Shown here: one piece after another, positions 49,092-60,000 of the stretch
Layout of the letters: each line of letters begins with the position of its first letter
How positions within the stretch are numbered: position 1 is the stretch's first letter
Assembly (NCBI GenBank): GCA_963675785.1
Contig: OY776562.1
Coordinates: 192,001 to 256,000, forward strand
From: Anaerolineae bacterium
Lineage (GTDB): Bacteria > Chloroflexota > Anaerolineae > UBA1429
DNA length: 64,000 bases
Direction of reading: 5' to 3'
Position numbers and translations under genes: made by a program
Notes under the pieces: generated by a model
Told to the model about the DNA's origin: nothing
Database searches by the model: none
The model's input: only the letters and a program-made list of their open reading frames with translations

Positions 49092-49859
49092 CTAAATCTC
49101 CTCGGAATAGTTTGCTGGGTAATCAGGTTTGACAAGTATCCAGTTAAAGTTGGGCACTATTGGCAAAAAGAGATTCAAAAGAGGGCGTGGCAGTCGACTC
49201 AACCATCTCAGTTTGCCCATCTCATCCTCGGCATGGTACTGCTCAGGATCCTTGATCATGCGTATGGTATAGTCGTGAATCTCAAAGAGGTGAAGAGCCT
49301 TTCGCAAGGCCCAGAATCCACGACTGTGCACGTCATGAACACTACCTGGCTTGATATGTGTTAAAAGCCAGGCCGCGGATCTATCAGGGAGCCAGTGTAC
49401 AAAAGGCAGGTGGTAATGGTACTCGTAAGGGAACAGCCTGTTGGGACCGCTGAAAAAGCAGATACCGCCGGGACGCAAAACGCGCCAGATTTCGGCGAAC
49501 ATGGCAGTGGCGTTAGAGACATGCTCATAGACCTGGGCACTTATGACCACATCTACACTGCCATCCTTGATAGGCAGACGCGTCGCATCTCCGTGGACAA
49601 AGAGAGGATCCTCTTCTTCAGCAACGAGGGCACTGCTGTCATATTCCAGCCCAATGCTGGCCAGAAAGTGGGGGGCAAGGGCATGGGTAATATAGCCATA
49701 CGAACATCCTACATCGAGAAGGATGCTCTGTTCCAGAGGTTGTGGTGTTGCCTGTATCAGTGCTGCCATGATTTTAGCAGCCTTGCGCTCGCGCGCTTCT
49801 TTGTCGGCAAGTCGCTTGCTGGTGTTGTGGTAGGCAGGAGCGGTGTTAGCATGATTCAT
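49092..49859 (-). CDS. Class I SAM-dependent methyltransferase
   Basis: LLDVGCSYG, GDATRLP, YEHV, EIWRVLRPGG. Confidence 0.88.
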   Translation of the reverse strand: MNHANTAPAYHNTSKRLADKEARERKAAKIMAALIQATPQPLEQSILLDVGCSYGYITHALAPHFLASIGLEYDSSALVAEEEDPLFVHGDATRLPIKDGSVDVVISAQVYEHVSNATAMFAEIWRVLRPGGICFFSGPNRLFPYEYHYHLPFVHWLPDRSAAWLLTHIKPGSVHDVHSRGFWALRKALHLFEIHDYTIRMIKDPEQYHAEDEMGKLRWLSRLPRPLLNLFLPIVPNFNWILVKPDYPANYSEEI

Positions 49860-51076
49860 GGGGCGACAACCTGTGTATAGATCGTGTTATATCGAGTGGC
49901 GATTTTCTCCCAGGAGAGGTTTTCAAGCGCAAATGCCCTGGCTTGATTGCCCAAAAGGGTAGCCTTCTTCTTGTCGCGCAAAAGTTCAATGAGAGAAACT
50001 ACAAGAGCTTTTTCATCTCGCGACTCTATGAGCAAGCCTGTCCGCTCGTTTGTGATTACAGAAGGTACGCCGCCAATCCGCGTAGCAACGATAGGGCATT
50101 CACTGGACATGGCTTCGAGCAAGACATTGGGCAAGCCATCGACGTTGCCATCGCGATCAATAACCGATGGCAGGACAAAGGCATCGCAGGCGGCATAGAA
50201 TCCTGGCGATTGCTCCCAACTGACGTGCCCTAAAAAGCGGACATGCTCAGCAACACCCAGTTCATAGGCTTGTGTTTCCAGTGCTCTACGCAGGTCGCCA
50301 TCGCCGCCAATCACACAGACGGCGTCAGGCATTTGCTCTAGAACAGAGGGCATGGCGTTTAGCAGCACGTCAAAACCTTTTTTGTGGACCAAGCGCCCTA
50401 TGGCGCCAATGATAGGCGTAGCTGTGTCGATGCCCCATGCTTTTCGTGTTACGGCTTCAAGAGTCGGAGTTCTGTTAAAACGAGCTGCGTCAACACCATA
50501 GGAGATAACCAGTCCCCCATCGAGGCCAATAGTCTGGGCGCGCGATAATAGATCCTGACTACAGGCCGTAACCTGGCGCGATCGAGCAAAAGCCATCCGC
50601 CCGGCCAGACGATAAAGTTTGGATTTCTCCATGACATATACATCAGAACCGTGCATGCTGATGACGAGAGGAATGTCGCACAATACACTGGCTATTGCAG
50701 CTATAGCCCCACTGGGTACAGCCCATTGCCCGTGGATGACATCAAAATGGTATTGTCGGTGCAGTTTGCGGACGGTGTGCAGTGCCTGCCAGATATAGGC
50801 AGGCATTCGCAACGGCACATTACCCTTCATGGTGCGATCTGCTTGGAGAGAGCGGCCGTGACCCACAATGTGCTGTTCGTCATGACGGGCATACCGAAAG
50901 CGGTGAACAATGACCCCCTGTTCATCCCTTGGTTCAACCGCAGGGTCCCATGGGGCTGCTACATGAACTTCATGTCCTTGTGCTGCGAGCTCTATAGCCA
51001 ACGAGGCAATGAAAGAACCAGCGCCGTCTCCGCTGTATCGAGGATAAGAAGAGCTCAGCATGCATACACGGGTCAT
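49856..51076 (-). CDS. Glycosyltransferase family 4
   Basis: GRLVHKKGFD, DGLPNVLLEAM. Confidence 0.9.
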   Translation of the reverse strand: MTRVCMLSSSYPRYSGDGAGSFIASLAIELAAQGHEVHVAAPWDPAVEPRDEQGVIVHRFRYARHDEQHIVGHGRSLQADRTMKGNVPLRMPAYIWQALHTVRKLHRQYHFDVIHGQWAVPSGAIAAIASVLCDIPLVISMHGSDVYVMEKSKLYRLAGRMAFARSRQVTACSQDLLSRAQTIGLDGGLVISYGVDAARFNRTPTLEAVTRKAWGIDTATPIIGAIGRLVHKKGFDVLLNAMPSVLEQMPDAVCVIGGDGDLRRALETQAYELGVAEHVRFLGHVSWEQSPGFYAACDAFVLPSVIDRDGNVDGLPNVLLEAMSSECPIVATRIGGVPSVITNERTGLLIESRDEKALVVSLIELLRDKKKATLLGNQARAFALENLSWEKIATRYNTIYTQVVAP

Positions 51077-51948
51077 CGCGTCCTTCTCACAACCAGGTCG
51101 CCCAGCAAACCAATGACTGCCATTTGCAATCCGGTGAAGAGCAAAATAAGAGTAGAGGGTGCAAAATGGAATGAGTAGGCAAAGATGTCATAGATGCCTT
51201 TGAGGAAACCTATCCCCAAAAAGAACAGGGCCATGGGCAAGAATATCCGCAGTGGGTTAAAATACATAACGGTGCGGATAACTTTTAGCACATAGCCATA
51301 GGTGTCTTTGATGGGATGAAAGGTGCTCTTGCCGATGCGCGCATTATATTCAATGGGAACCCATTCCACATCATAACCGCTGCTAAGAAAGGCCATGGTG
51401 ATTGTGCTCACCCAAGAGTGGCCCGTAGGCAGAATGTTAAAGAACTGGGGCACAAGATCGCGGTGAAAACCGCGAAGCCCCGAGTTAAGATCGGGGATTT
51501 TTGTTTCTGTGAGAAACGAGGCCAGCTTCCGAATCGAGTCTTTGGCAAAGGTTCTGAGGAATTTATGGGTGCCGGCTTCACGAACGCGTGCACCAATGAT
51601 CATATCGCATTCATCAAGCCGTTCGACCATCTCAGGGACCGTGTCACAGGGATAAGTACCATCCGCGTCGGTCATCAATACATAGGCACCTTTTGCCTCG
51701 GTGACGCCTGTGTTTCTGGCGGCGCCCACGCCGCGATTCTTGCGATGGGTGATCACGCGAATGCGTGGATCAATGCCTTCGCAAGCTTGCCCCGTGCCAT
51801 CTGTAGAACCATCATCTACGACAATGATCTCAAAGGGGCGGCCTATTCGATTCATCGCGGTTAATACTTCTTCAAGCACTGAACGTATGGCTGCCTCTTC
51901 ATTATAGGCGGGGATAACCATGCTGACTGCGATTGGCTCGTTGTCCAT
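51073..51948 (-). CDS. Glycosyltransferase family 2 (polyprenol-phosphate sugar synthase-like, two C-terminal TM helices)
   Basis: VIPAYNEE, VDDGSTD, TDADGTY, DLNSGLR. Confidence 0.9.
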   Translation of the reverse strand: MDNEPIAVSMVIPAYNEEAAIRSVLEEVLTAMNRIGRPFEIIVVDDGSTDGTGQACEGIDPRIRVITHRKNRGVGAARNTGVTEAKGAYVLMTDADGTYPCDTVPEMVERLDECDMIIGARVREAGTHKFLRTFAKDSIRKLASFLTETKIPDLNSGLRGFHRDLVPQFFNILPTGHSWVSTITMAFLSSGYDVEWVPIEYNARIGKSTFHPIKDTYGYVLKVIRTVMYFNPLRIFLPMALFFLGIGFLKGIYDIFAYSFHFAPSTLILLFTGLQMAVIGLLGDLVVRRTR

Positions 51949-52087
51949 TCGTCATACTCCAAAATCGGGAATAGGTTCAGCGACATGCTTGGGTTCGTGC
52001 TTGGCCCAATGGGCCCTTTACGCTATACTGCCCTTATTGGCTGAAAACAGTCTGAATATATCCATGGGATTGCCGACGGAGCAGTTG

Positions 52088-52582
52088 ATGAAATTAGGTC
52101 GTTTTGCTGTCTTGATGCTTTCTCTTGTTCTCTTGGGGTGTACCCAAACTGCAGAAACCCCTACAGTATCGGGAGGTGAGAGCCTTACGCTGACGCCCAC
52201 CGTGGCTCCGGCGACACTCGAACCTACCCCATTCCCAACTATCGATGTAATAGCTCCAGACAGCACTTTTGTTGAGGTGGGATCTACGGCAACTCTTTCA
52301 GGTGAAGGTGCTTCAGGACGTGCGGTTGTTGCCGGCCTACAGACGCTGATTATACGGAGCTTTGCCTTCGACGGCAAGGATACTGCCGCGGATATTCGCC
52401 TCGTCAAGGCTGACACTCCAGAAGAACCTATTGCCGTCTTGTTGGAGCTTGAGCAGCGTGTCTATGATGAAGAATTGCTCGTGCTGGTGATCCCTGAGGG
52501 ATTGGCAGATACCGGAGCTGATACAATCGCAATCTATGCCACAGAAAACCAACAGATGCTTGCTTCCGGCATTTTTGAGTAG
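52088..52582 (+). CDS. Lipoprotein with T/P-rich linker and DM13-like domain
   Basis: Lipobox LLGC; ASGRAVV...TLIIRSFAFDG resembles DM13. Confidence 0.6.
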   Translation: MKLGRFAVLMLSLVLLGCTQTAETPTVSGGESLTLTPTVAPATLEPTPFPTIDVIAPDSTFVEVGSTATLSGEGASGRAVVAGLQTLIIRSFAFDGKDTAADIRLVKADTPEEPIAVLLELEQRVYDEELLVLVIPEGLADTGADTIAIYATENQQMLASGIFE

Positions 52583-52590
52583 GGGAACGG

Positions 52591-53328
52591 ATGTCGCACA
52601 GAATTGAATCACTTCAAAATGATTGGAATGATCTAGGGCAGCTCGATCCTATGTGGGCTATTCTGACAGAACCTGAGCGACGTGGCAATTGGGATCGAGC
52701 GGCTTTTTTCGAGACGGGCCTGGTTGAGATTGACGCGCTGCTAGAAACGCTGAGACTTTTAGGGATTTCAATAAACGGTGAGCGGGCGCTCGATTTTGGC
52801 TGCGGTATCGGTCGACTTTCACAGGCATTAGCAAGGCATTTTGGCATTGTGGATGGCGTGGACATTGCACCATCCATGATACAGTTGGGTGACCAACTCA
52901 ATCCTGAACCAGAGCGCATTCATTATCACGTGAATGCCAGCAATGATCTGGCCCTTTTTGATGATGGCACTTTTGACATGGTTCTCTCGTTGATTACTTT
53001 GCAACACATGCCTCGTGCACTATCAGCTGCTTATATGGCCGAGTTTGTGCGGGTGCTCAAGCCCGGTGGTGTTTGCGTTTTCCAGATTCCCTGGCGACGG
53101 CATAATCTTGTGATGCGTATTATGCCGCGATTCCTTTTGAACTGGCTCTTTATGCTACGTAATCCAGGGGTGCCTCGTGCCCAGATGTTTGGCACCTCGC
53201 CTGCTCGGGTTCGAGAGATTGTCGAGTCCGTCGGGGGACATGTCTCTAGTCAGCAGCAAGATGAACGTGCGGGTGCAAACTGGCAAAGCTTGTTATATGT
53301 TGTCACAGTTGACGCCGAACTCGCCTAG
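52591..53328 (+). CDS. Class I SAM-dependent methyltransferase
   Basis: ALDFGCGIGR, GVDIAPSM, EFVRVLKPGG. Confidence 0.88.
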   Translation: MSHRIESLQNDWNDLGQLDPMWAILTEPERRGNWDRAAFFETGLVEIDALLETLRLLGISINGERALDFGCGIGRLSQALARHFGIVDGVDIAPSMIQLGDQLNPEPERIHYHVNASNDLALFDDGTFDMVLSLITLQHMPRALSAAYMAEFVRVLKPGGVCVFQIPWRRHNLVMRIMPRFLLNWLFMLRNPGVPRAQMFGTSPARVREIVESVGGHVSSQQQDERAGANWQSLLYVVTVDAELA

Positions 53329-53342
53329 ATTGTGAGCTAGAA

Positions 53343-54689
53343 TTGTCAGACCTCGTTACTGCCCTCATCGATGTTTATGGATGCCTCGACACCGGGCAAT
53401 TATCTAGATATCGCTCATGTCTTGCTGCTTTTGGAGGATTATATGGTCCTGGACCGGCACAGATCTATCATGCGCCGGGGCGCGTAAATCTCATCGGGGA
53501 GCACACGGACTATAATCAGGGTTTTGTTCTGCCCATGGCGCTGGATCGGGACATCATCATGCTGGTGCGTCCACGACAGGATCGCCAAGTGCATATTTAC
53601 AATATCGAATCAGATCTCTACTCTGAGCGTTCTTTTGAACTGGCTTCTGACATCCCCCTTAGAGAGGTAGGCAACTGGGCCAATTATGTGCAAGGAGCCG
53701 CTCAATACCTGTTTCGCCGATATCCAGATATAAGGGGTTTTGATGCTTTGGTTGATGGTCGCTCGCCGTATGGGGTGCCGCGCGGAGCGGGACTTTCCTC
53801 TTCTTCGGCACTTACGGTGGCAAGCATGGCCGCTTTTGTGGGCACAAATTGTCTCGACCTGCAAGGGCAGGATCTGGCTTTGGCCTGCAGTGAGGCGGAA
53901 TGGTATGTAGGTACTCGCGGTGGTATCATGGATCACTTTGCCTCGGTTTTGTGCAAGCAGGGGCAGGCTCTTTTTCTGGATTGTCGTGTAGATGGTAATG
54001 GTGAATACCCCATTCGCCATGTGCCATTGCCAGCTGATATGGCTGTGTTAGTGGCGGATAGTGGGATTCGACATAACAACACTGGCCCCTACTTTAATCG
54101 ACGTGTGGCCGAGTGCCGCATAGGTGTGCAACTGATGTGCAGAGCAGGGCTAGATGTCTTGGCCTTGCGCGATATTGATGCAGATGCGTGGGATAGCGTT
54201 GAGTACAAACTACCGGACGAGGTTTCACGAGATGTTCTGTTGGCAGAAGGCATCGACCCTGATGCTTTACTGGCGGATGGTGTGAGTGCAGAGGCTGATT
54301 CATTCTTTGTACGCAAGCGTTGTCGTCACGTTGTTACAGAAAATGCGCGCGTCTTGGATGCGGTAGATGCTCTTGATAAGGGCGATATGCCCCGTTTTGG
54401 GAGTTTATTGAAAGCGGCGCATGCCAGTGCACGGGATGATTACGAAATCAGCCTTGACGAGATCGAAGCATTGGTTGATGCCGCAATGGCCTGTAAAGGC
54501 GTTTTGGGTGCTCGACTTACAGGTGCAGGGTGGGGTGGTTGTATTGTTGCGCTTGTGCAGGGGCAAACGGCAGAGAATGCTGCCGAATGTATCGCTTCCT
54601 TTTATCTGGCGGCAACTGGTAAGGCTACGGACATCTTTGTGTGCCGATCTGCACGTGGGGCCGGGCTCGTGCTGGATACTTTAATCTAG
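53343..54689 (+). CDS. galK: Galactokinase (GHMP kinase)
   Basis: APGRVNLIGEHTDYN, PRGAGLSSS, GARLTGAGWGGC. Confidence 0.9.
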   Translation: MSDLVTALIDVYGCLDTGQLSRYRSCLAAFGGLYGPGPAQIYHAPGRVNLIGEHTDYNQGFVLPMALDRDIIMLVRPRQDRQVHIYNIESDLYSERSFELASDIPLREVGNWANYVQGAAQYLFRRYPDIRGFDALVDGRSPYGVPRGAGLSSSSALTVASMAAFVGTNCLDLQGQDLALACSEAEWYVGTRGGIMDHFASVLCKQGQALFLDCRVDGNGEYPIRHVPLPADMAVLVADSGIRHNNTGPYFNRRVAECRIGVQLMCRAGLDVLALRDIDADAWDSVEYKLPDEVSRDVLLAEGIDPDALLADGVSAEADSFFVRKRCRHVVTENARVLDAVDALDKGDMPRFGSLLKAAHASARDDYEISLDEIEALVDAAMACKGVLGARLTGAGWGGCIVALVQGQTAENAAECIASFYLAATGKATDIFVCRSARGAGLVLDTLI

Positions 54690-54702
54690 TTGGGAGGTTC
54701 TC

Positions 54703-55110
54703 ATGACCAAAGACCAGGCATGTGAACGAGCTTTTGAACTGATGGCTAATGGGATGCACTGTTCTGAGGCAGTAGTCCAGGCTGCTGGTGAGTATCTGTG
54801 GGGAAATTGTCCAGACATTCTAGCACGGGCGTCTTCTCCTTTTGGTGGAGGTGTTGCGGGTACGCATGACGAGATTTGCGGTGCTTTGAGCGGGGCCATT
54901 CTCATCATCGGCGCTCGATATGGGCGTGTCTTGGCCGACGAATCAGATGATAAGGCATATGCCTTATCCCAACAGCTTCGTGAGCAGTTCATCGCATATG
55001 CCTCAACAACGCGTTGTGACGATGTCAAGACGGCAGTAGGGCAGGAACCCGCGGGCTGCAAAGTCGTGGCTCAAGAGACGGTGCGCATGCTGTTGGATTT
55101 GATCGACTGA
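54703..55110 (+). CDS. C-GCAxxG-C-C family redox protein
   Basis: HCSEAV, FGGGV, ICGALSG, TRC, GC; GGAGG RBS. Confidence 0.85.
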   Translation: MTKDQACERAFELMANGMHCSEAVVQAAGEYLWGNCPDILARASSPFGGGVAGTHDEICGALSGAILIIGARYGRVLADESDDKAYALSQQLREQFIAYASTTRCDDVKTAVGQEPAGCKVVAQETVRMLLDLID

Positions 55111-55133
55111 TTTTACACGCAATAGGACTTTTG

Positions 55134-55160
55134 AGGGACACTTGATCAAGTGTCCCTTTT
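55134..55160 (+). terminator. Perfect 24-bp palindrome plus U-tract terminator
   Basis: AGGGACACTTGA|TCAAGTGTCCCT then TTT. Confidence 0.75.
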
Positions 55161-55306
55161 GTTGTTTTCAGACGGTCCAAGTATTCAGTGCGCAGGCCAG
55201 TTTCAGTAGGTTTGTGCGGCGAGCAGTAGATACAAATAAGGAAACCGCCAGCCAAGAGAAACAAGACTGACGGTTTTTGATAGTCATGCGATAGAGCAGA
55301 GGGATT

Positions 55307-55855
55307 CTAGATTGTCTCGAAATCGATTTGGTACAGCTTGAATGTCACGTTCAGATCTTTGGGTTGCCACATCTCATCATATGAGTAGCGGTATGTCATA
55401 CCGAGCTTTTCCATCACTTGACCGCTTGCCGGGTTGTTCACGTCATGGGTCGCTGTGATAAAGCGAAAATCGTTTTTCTCTAGTCGTTCCAACACGGCTT
55501 TGCATGCTTCTGTGGTGATACCCTGATTCCAGAATTCCTGACGTAGACCATAGCCTAGTTCGCCACAACCTTTTTCCACATTGATACCACACAACGAAAC
55601 ATAGCCAATGACCTGATTTATCTGCTTGTGGACAACTGCATAATGATAGGCGGATTCTTTTTCATATTCAGGATAGATTTGATTGTGTAGATAGTCTCTT
55701 GTTTCTTCAACTGTCTGCAAGGGAAACCACGGTAGGAACGTGTTTACTTTTTCGTCGCTGTAGATGAGAAACATGTCTTCAATATCTGCATCTACGAATC
55801 TCCTCAAGATCAGTCTTTTTGTTTCAAGAACAGGCGTGTTTTCTCTTCTCGGCAT
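55307..55855 (-). CDS. RimJ/RimL-type GNAT acetyltransferase
   Basis: LETKRLILR, ELGYGL, FWNQGITTEA, NPASGQVMEKLGM. Confidence 0.88.
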   Translation of the reverse strand: MPRRENTPVLETKRLILRRFVDADIEDMFLIYSDEKVNTFLPWFPLQTVEETRDYLHNQIYPEYEKESAYHYAVVHKQINQVIGYVSLCGINVEKGCGELGYGLRQEFWNQGITTEACKAVLERLEKNDFRFITATHDVNNPASGQVMEKLGMTYRYSYDEMWQPKDLNVTFKLYQIDFETI

Positions 55856-56045
55856 ATCTTTCTATTCTCAGGCTCCAATTTGTCTTTGCAATGATAAGCA
55901 AGTGGATCATAGCTTATTTCATGCATCACAGCGGCAAAAAGTCTATTGGCCGTTCTGCCGCTGTGATAGAATGATTTATCGCCTTGGAGGGGATAATCCG
56001 TAGCAAAAATCAGGCAGAGGTATACTTTGGGATACCTTTTGATGT

Positions 56046-56996
56046 TTAAAGAGGCATACCTTGCCGTTGCATAAAAGTCATGACTTCTTGTAGGTAAGGG
56101 GCGCCCTCCATAGGGCCTTGTTTGCTAGTGGCCAGAGCGCCAACAGCATTAGCCAGGCGTCCTACTTTATCCAGGGGCCAGTTTTGCAGCAACCCGGTCA
56201 TAAAGGCGGCATCGTAACAGTCGCCGGCTCCTGTGGGGTCAACTTCTATCACACTGTAGGGAGAAACGTGCAAAACCCCTTCTCTCGTAAAGATACGCGA
56301 TCCCCCTTCCCCTTCTTTGAGTGCCACAATCTCGATGCCTTTGTCCAACAGCGTCTGCGCCGCTTCCTCGGGCGTATTAGCGCCGGTAAGCATGGTGGCT
56401 TCTGCGCCGCTGGGGAAAACAACCCGACAAAGCGACAAAATGGGCTCACAGATATCGCGAATCTTTTCTGGGTCCATGAGTTCAGGTCTGAGATTGGGAT
56501 CAAGCGAGACCGAGCCGCCAGCCTGATATATGTCGCGAGCTAACTTGTAGCAAGCCTCTCGCATAGAATCACTAAAAGTTAATGACGATCCCATGATGTG
56601 TATATGTCTGGCAGTGTGGTAGCTGACAGGAATATGCTCATACTGCACCGCCGCTGCGGCCGAGCCAGATAGATGATAAACAAATGAGCGGCTACCATCC
56701 GAACGATATGAGACAAAGGCGATACCTGTCAGCAACGAGTTCATGTGCTTTAACCCGCTGCAATCCAAGCCGTCTTGTTCTAAACGGTTATAGATACAAT
56801 TACCAAACGCATCGTGCCCAATGGCCCCAACAAAGCCAACTTTGCTGCCCAGCCGCTGGGCGGCATCGGCAAAGATGGCGGGGGCCCCACTTGGGTAGGG
56901 CCCCGTCAGGCCAGCGGGTCGGTCAAGAGGCTGGTCGAGTTCGGTACGCATGATCTCGACTAGAGCTTCGCCGATGCTGACGATGTCCAATGTCAC
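56046..56996 (-). CDS. PfkB family sugar kinase
   Basis: GEALVE, SGAPAI, LDPNLR, VDPTGAGDCYDAAF. Confidence 0.9.
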   Translation of the reverse strand: MTLDIVSIGEALVEIMRTELDQPLDRPAGLTGPYPSGAPAIFADAAQRLGSKVGFVGAIGHDAFGNCIYNRLEQDGLDCSGLKHMNSLLTGIAFVSYRSDGSRSFVYHLSGSAAAAVQYEHIPVSYHTARHIHIMGSSLTFSDSMREACYKLARDIYQAGGSVSLDPNLRPELMDPEKIRDICEPILSLCRVVFPSGAEATMLTGANTPEEAAQTLLDKGIEIVALKEGEGGSRIFTREGVLHVSPYSVIEVDPTGAGDCYDAAFMTGLLQNWPLDKVGRLANAVGALATSKQGPMEGAPYLQEVMTFMQRQGMPL

Positions 56997-57003
56997 TTTG
57001 GTC

Positions 57004-60000
57004 TTACTCCTCGCAGATGGTTACCTGGCCAAAGAGCCCCCAGGCTTTGAGCACATAGTTGGGTGTATAGGTCTCGTTCGTTCTGCGGAACGAACGCCAA
57101 TCCGTCCAGGGTTCGCGCCCAGCGGCCAGGTGAAGCGGGCCCAACATGTTGCGGGGGCTGCTCACCACTTCGATGTCCACGTTATTAGCACCAGGTACCA
57201 AATATGGCGTCAGATCAAAGCCATTGCGTGCTGCCCAGGGGATGTGCCCCACCAAATTACCATTGACGTATAGAGCAATGTCAATGGCTTTCCACTCGCC
57301 TAGATACAGCCGATAGGTTTTGTCTTCCTTCTTGGCCGAAAAAGCTGCGTGGTAGATCATGCTGCCCGCATAGTGGGGATAGCCCTGGCTGGTCCAGTCG
57401 CCAAAGTGCAACGTTTCGGGTTCGGCAATGATGTGCCGATCCATGCTGACGCCGAAATCACCCAGGATGAAGCAATCTTCGACTTCCATGTGGTTGGTGT
57501 AACCGCATGAGAGTACCAGCACGTTGGTGCCGCAAATCAGGGATGGCAGGCGCACTTTATGCATTGCCCGATCGAGGTACCAACCGGCGATTTTGTTATC
57601 AACCGGCTCGCCATTCAGGCTGATTTCATAGTCGCCAGCACCTTCGACCAGCAAATACACAGGGCTGCTGGGTGGCGTGTCGACTTCAAAGACAAAAGCA
57701 AAGGCGACGGGGGTACCATCCTTGGGGTGCGCTTGGCAGGCCCACTTGTAGCGCTGCGGTAGACCATTGTAATAGTTAGAGCGCATGCCGAGGGCTTGAC
57801 GTACATCATCTTGGGCACGCCACACCTCCATCTCGTCAGACCACTCATCTTCACTCATGGCATATCGACACATATCCAGCGTGAGGATATTGGGATCGGT
57901 GCGGCTAAAGGCGCATTCCGGCCCAATGTACCAGCTCGGATTTTGCGCATGGAAATACCAGGCGGGCATGGGCGAAAGCGGCTCAGCCTGGAGCGCAGGC
58001 TCTTGTTCTGGGTCAATGACATAGATGCGCGAATCTGTGGGGCCAAAGGATGATGCAAACGAAACCAGATTGCCTTTGCGTTCGACAGCGATCTCGCGCG
58101 TTTCACCAGTTAGGGGATCCCACTCTTCAACACGGCCCGCGCCTTCAAGCTCAATGATCAGTTCATGCGTGTTGTTGCGGTCGTTGTTGACAACAAAGTA
58201 AGCATTGGCATCGCCGATCTTGCGCTGCATGTAGAGAATGCTGGCATCTTCCATGCCCTGGCGAGTGCGAATGCTGACGCGCTGGGGAACAGCCTTGTCC
58301 AAAGCCGGTTTGAGTTCTGAAACGTCATTGAGAATAACTGTTCCCGCGGCATTCCAGAGTTTTTCCAAGTCCTCGCTCTCGACGCCCTCAACCATGGCTG
58401 GAAGTGTCTTAAAAGCGATGACAGTGCCGCCGTTACGGCTGTACTCGACCAGGGTTTTCAGGGTTGATTTGAACATAGTTCGCGTCAAAGGCGGAATGAC
58501 CACGGCCTGATAAGAGACCTCACCCACCTTGATTTTGCCATCTTGAACAGAAGCAAGATCGGCCATAATGATTTCGTCGCCGAAATCAAAGTCGTGATGG
58601 GTGGCCAAAACTGCGCGTGTAAAGTCGTTCACGTGCTGACCATATTCGTTGACAGTTGCTTCGCTTTCGGAGCCCTCTTTGAGCATGGTCCAGCCAGTGC
58701 TTACGGGATGCAGCACGAGGACATCGCGAACAGCCTTGCCCGAGGTGGTGACAGCCGCTATGCGAGCAAAGTAATCTTCGATGAGGGCGTTATACTTCCA
58801 CCAGGTGGTATTGTAATTGAAGGCAGGCGGATAGTCGCGTTTGCGACAGCCACGCAGCGAATAGAGCGCCAGATGCTGGCAGCGGATGTTGACGCCCAGC
58901 ACGTATTGCCAGTCACCGACCCATTTTTGGCCCTCAAAATCAAACTCCCAGCTAGAGCAGCCATAGGTTTCCGAGAGGACGTGCTTGCGCCCCATTTGAT
59001 TGGCCGCACTGGAGCACTGCTTGATGGTTAGATTCTCATAGGTTTGTTCAGTCAACATATCGATGCCCGGAACAGCCTGATAACGGTAATGGGGCATCAT
59101 GGCGCCAGAACTCTTGATTCCGGTGCCCAATTCGTTCTCGTTCAAAAAGTGGCCGGTAAAGGCCAATCCATGGGCATCGCACCATTCACCGAGCTGTTTG
59201 GCATAGGCTTCAGAGAAACGATCTGCGATGGTATGCCAGTAATCATGGCGGGCGCGTTCTTGCCCTTCGCCGTCAAAAAAGAGTAGGGGCAAGACAGAGA
59301 GTAAATCATATCCACGGCGCTCGGCAAAGAATGCGGGCAGGCTATCTGTCCATGGCAGGCAACGACGCTGGGAGGCCAGATTCACGGCCTTGACATTGGG
59401 TTCGTCAGTAAAGATGCCGGGGATTGTTTTACCAAACTCGTCACCCACGAGTTCTGCATAGGCCTCATAGGTGGTATCGATAAAAGCCCGGACCGAATCA
59501 GGGTTCAGATTATCAGCATAGGTGTCGTCGTTAAACCATTCAGAGGGCTCGGAAAGCTCTCTGCGGAAGATAAGTAGCACTTCGCCGTCCGCCGCCTGTC
59601 CCTTGCTGGTGGGCTCTGCCAAAACCAGCGTATCGCCGTCAATCTGGGCCGCAAAAACGGCCAGAATGTGCTCATCATCATCTGGCGCAGTCTCGGCCAG
59701 TTCTACTGTAAGAGCCTTGATGCGATAGTCATCTCCGCCAGCAGCGGGAACCAGGCCACCGGCTGCGCCCGAGGGCCAGCGATCCTCGTCATACAGCCAG
59801 GCCAGGTTGCCAATTTCCTTGGCTGTCTTCACAGTTTCTTTGATGCACGACATCCACTCGTCGCTCATGTAGACAGTTTCCAGGCCATCACGGGAGTGCA
59901 TGAAAAAGCCTCCCATGCCGTGATCATGCATATCCTTGACCTGACGATCGAGTTCTTGCTGATCGAGGCGGTCATTCCATGACCAAAAAGGCGCTCCCCG

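Noticed and set aside
54703-55110. Selenoprotein form of the C-GCAxxG-C-C family
   Set aside because: All motif positions are Cys; the terminal TGA is followed by a terminator
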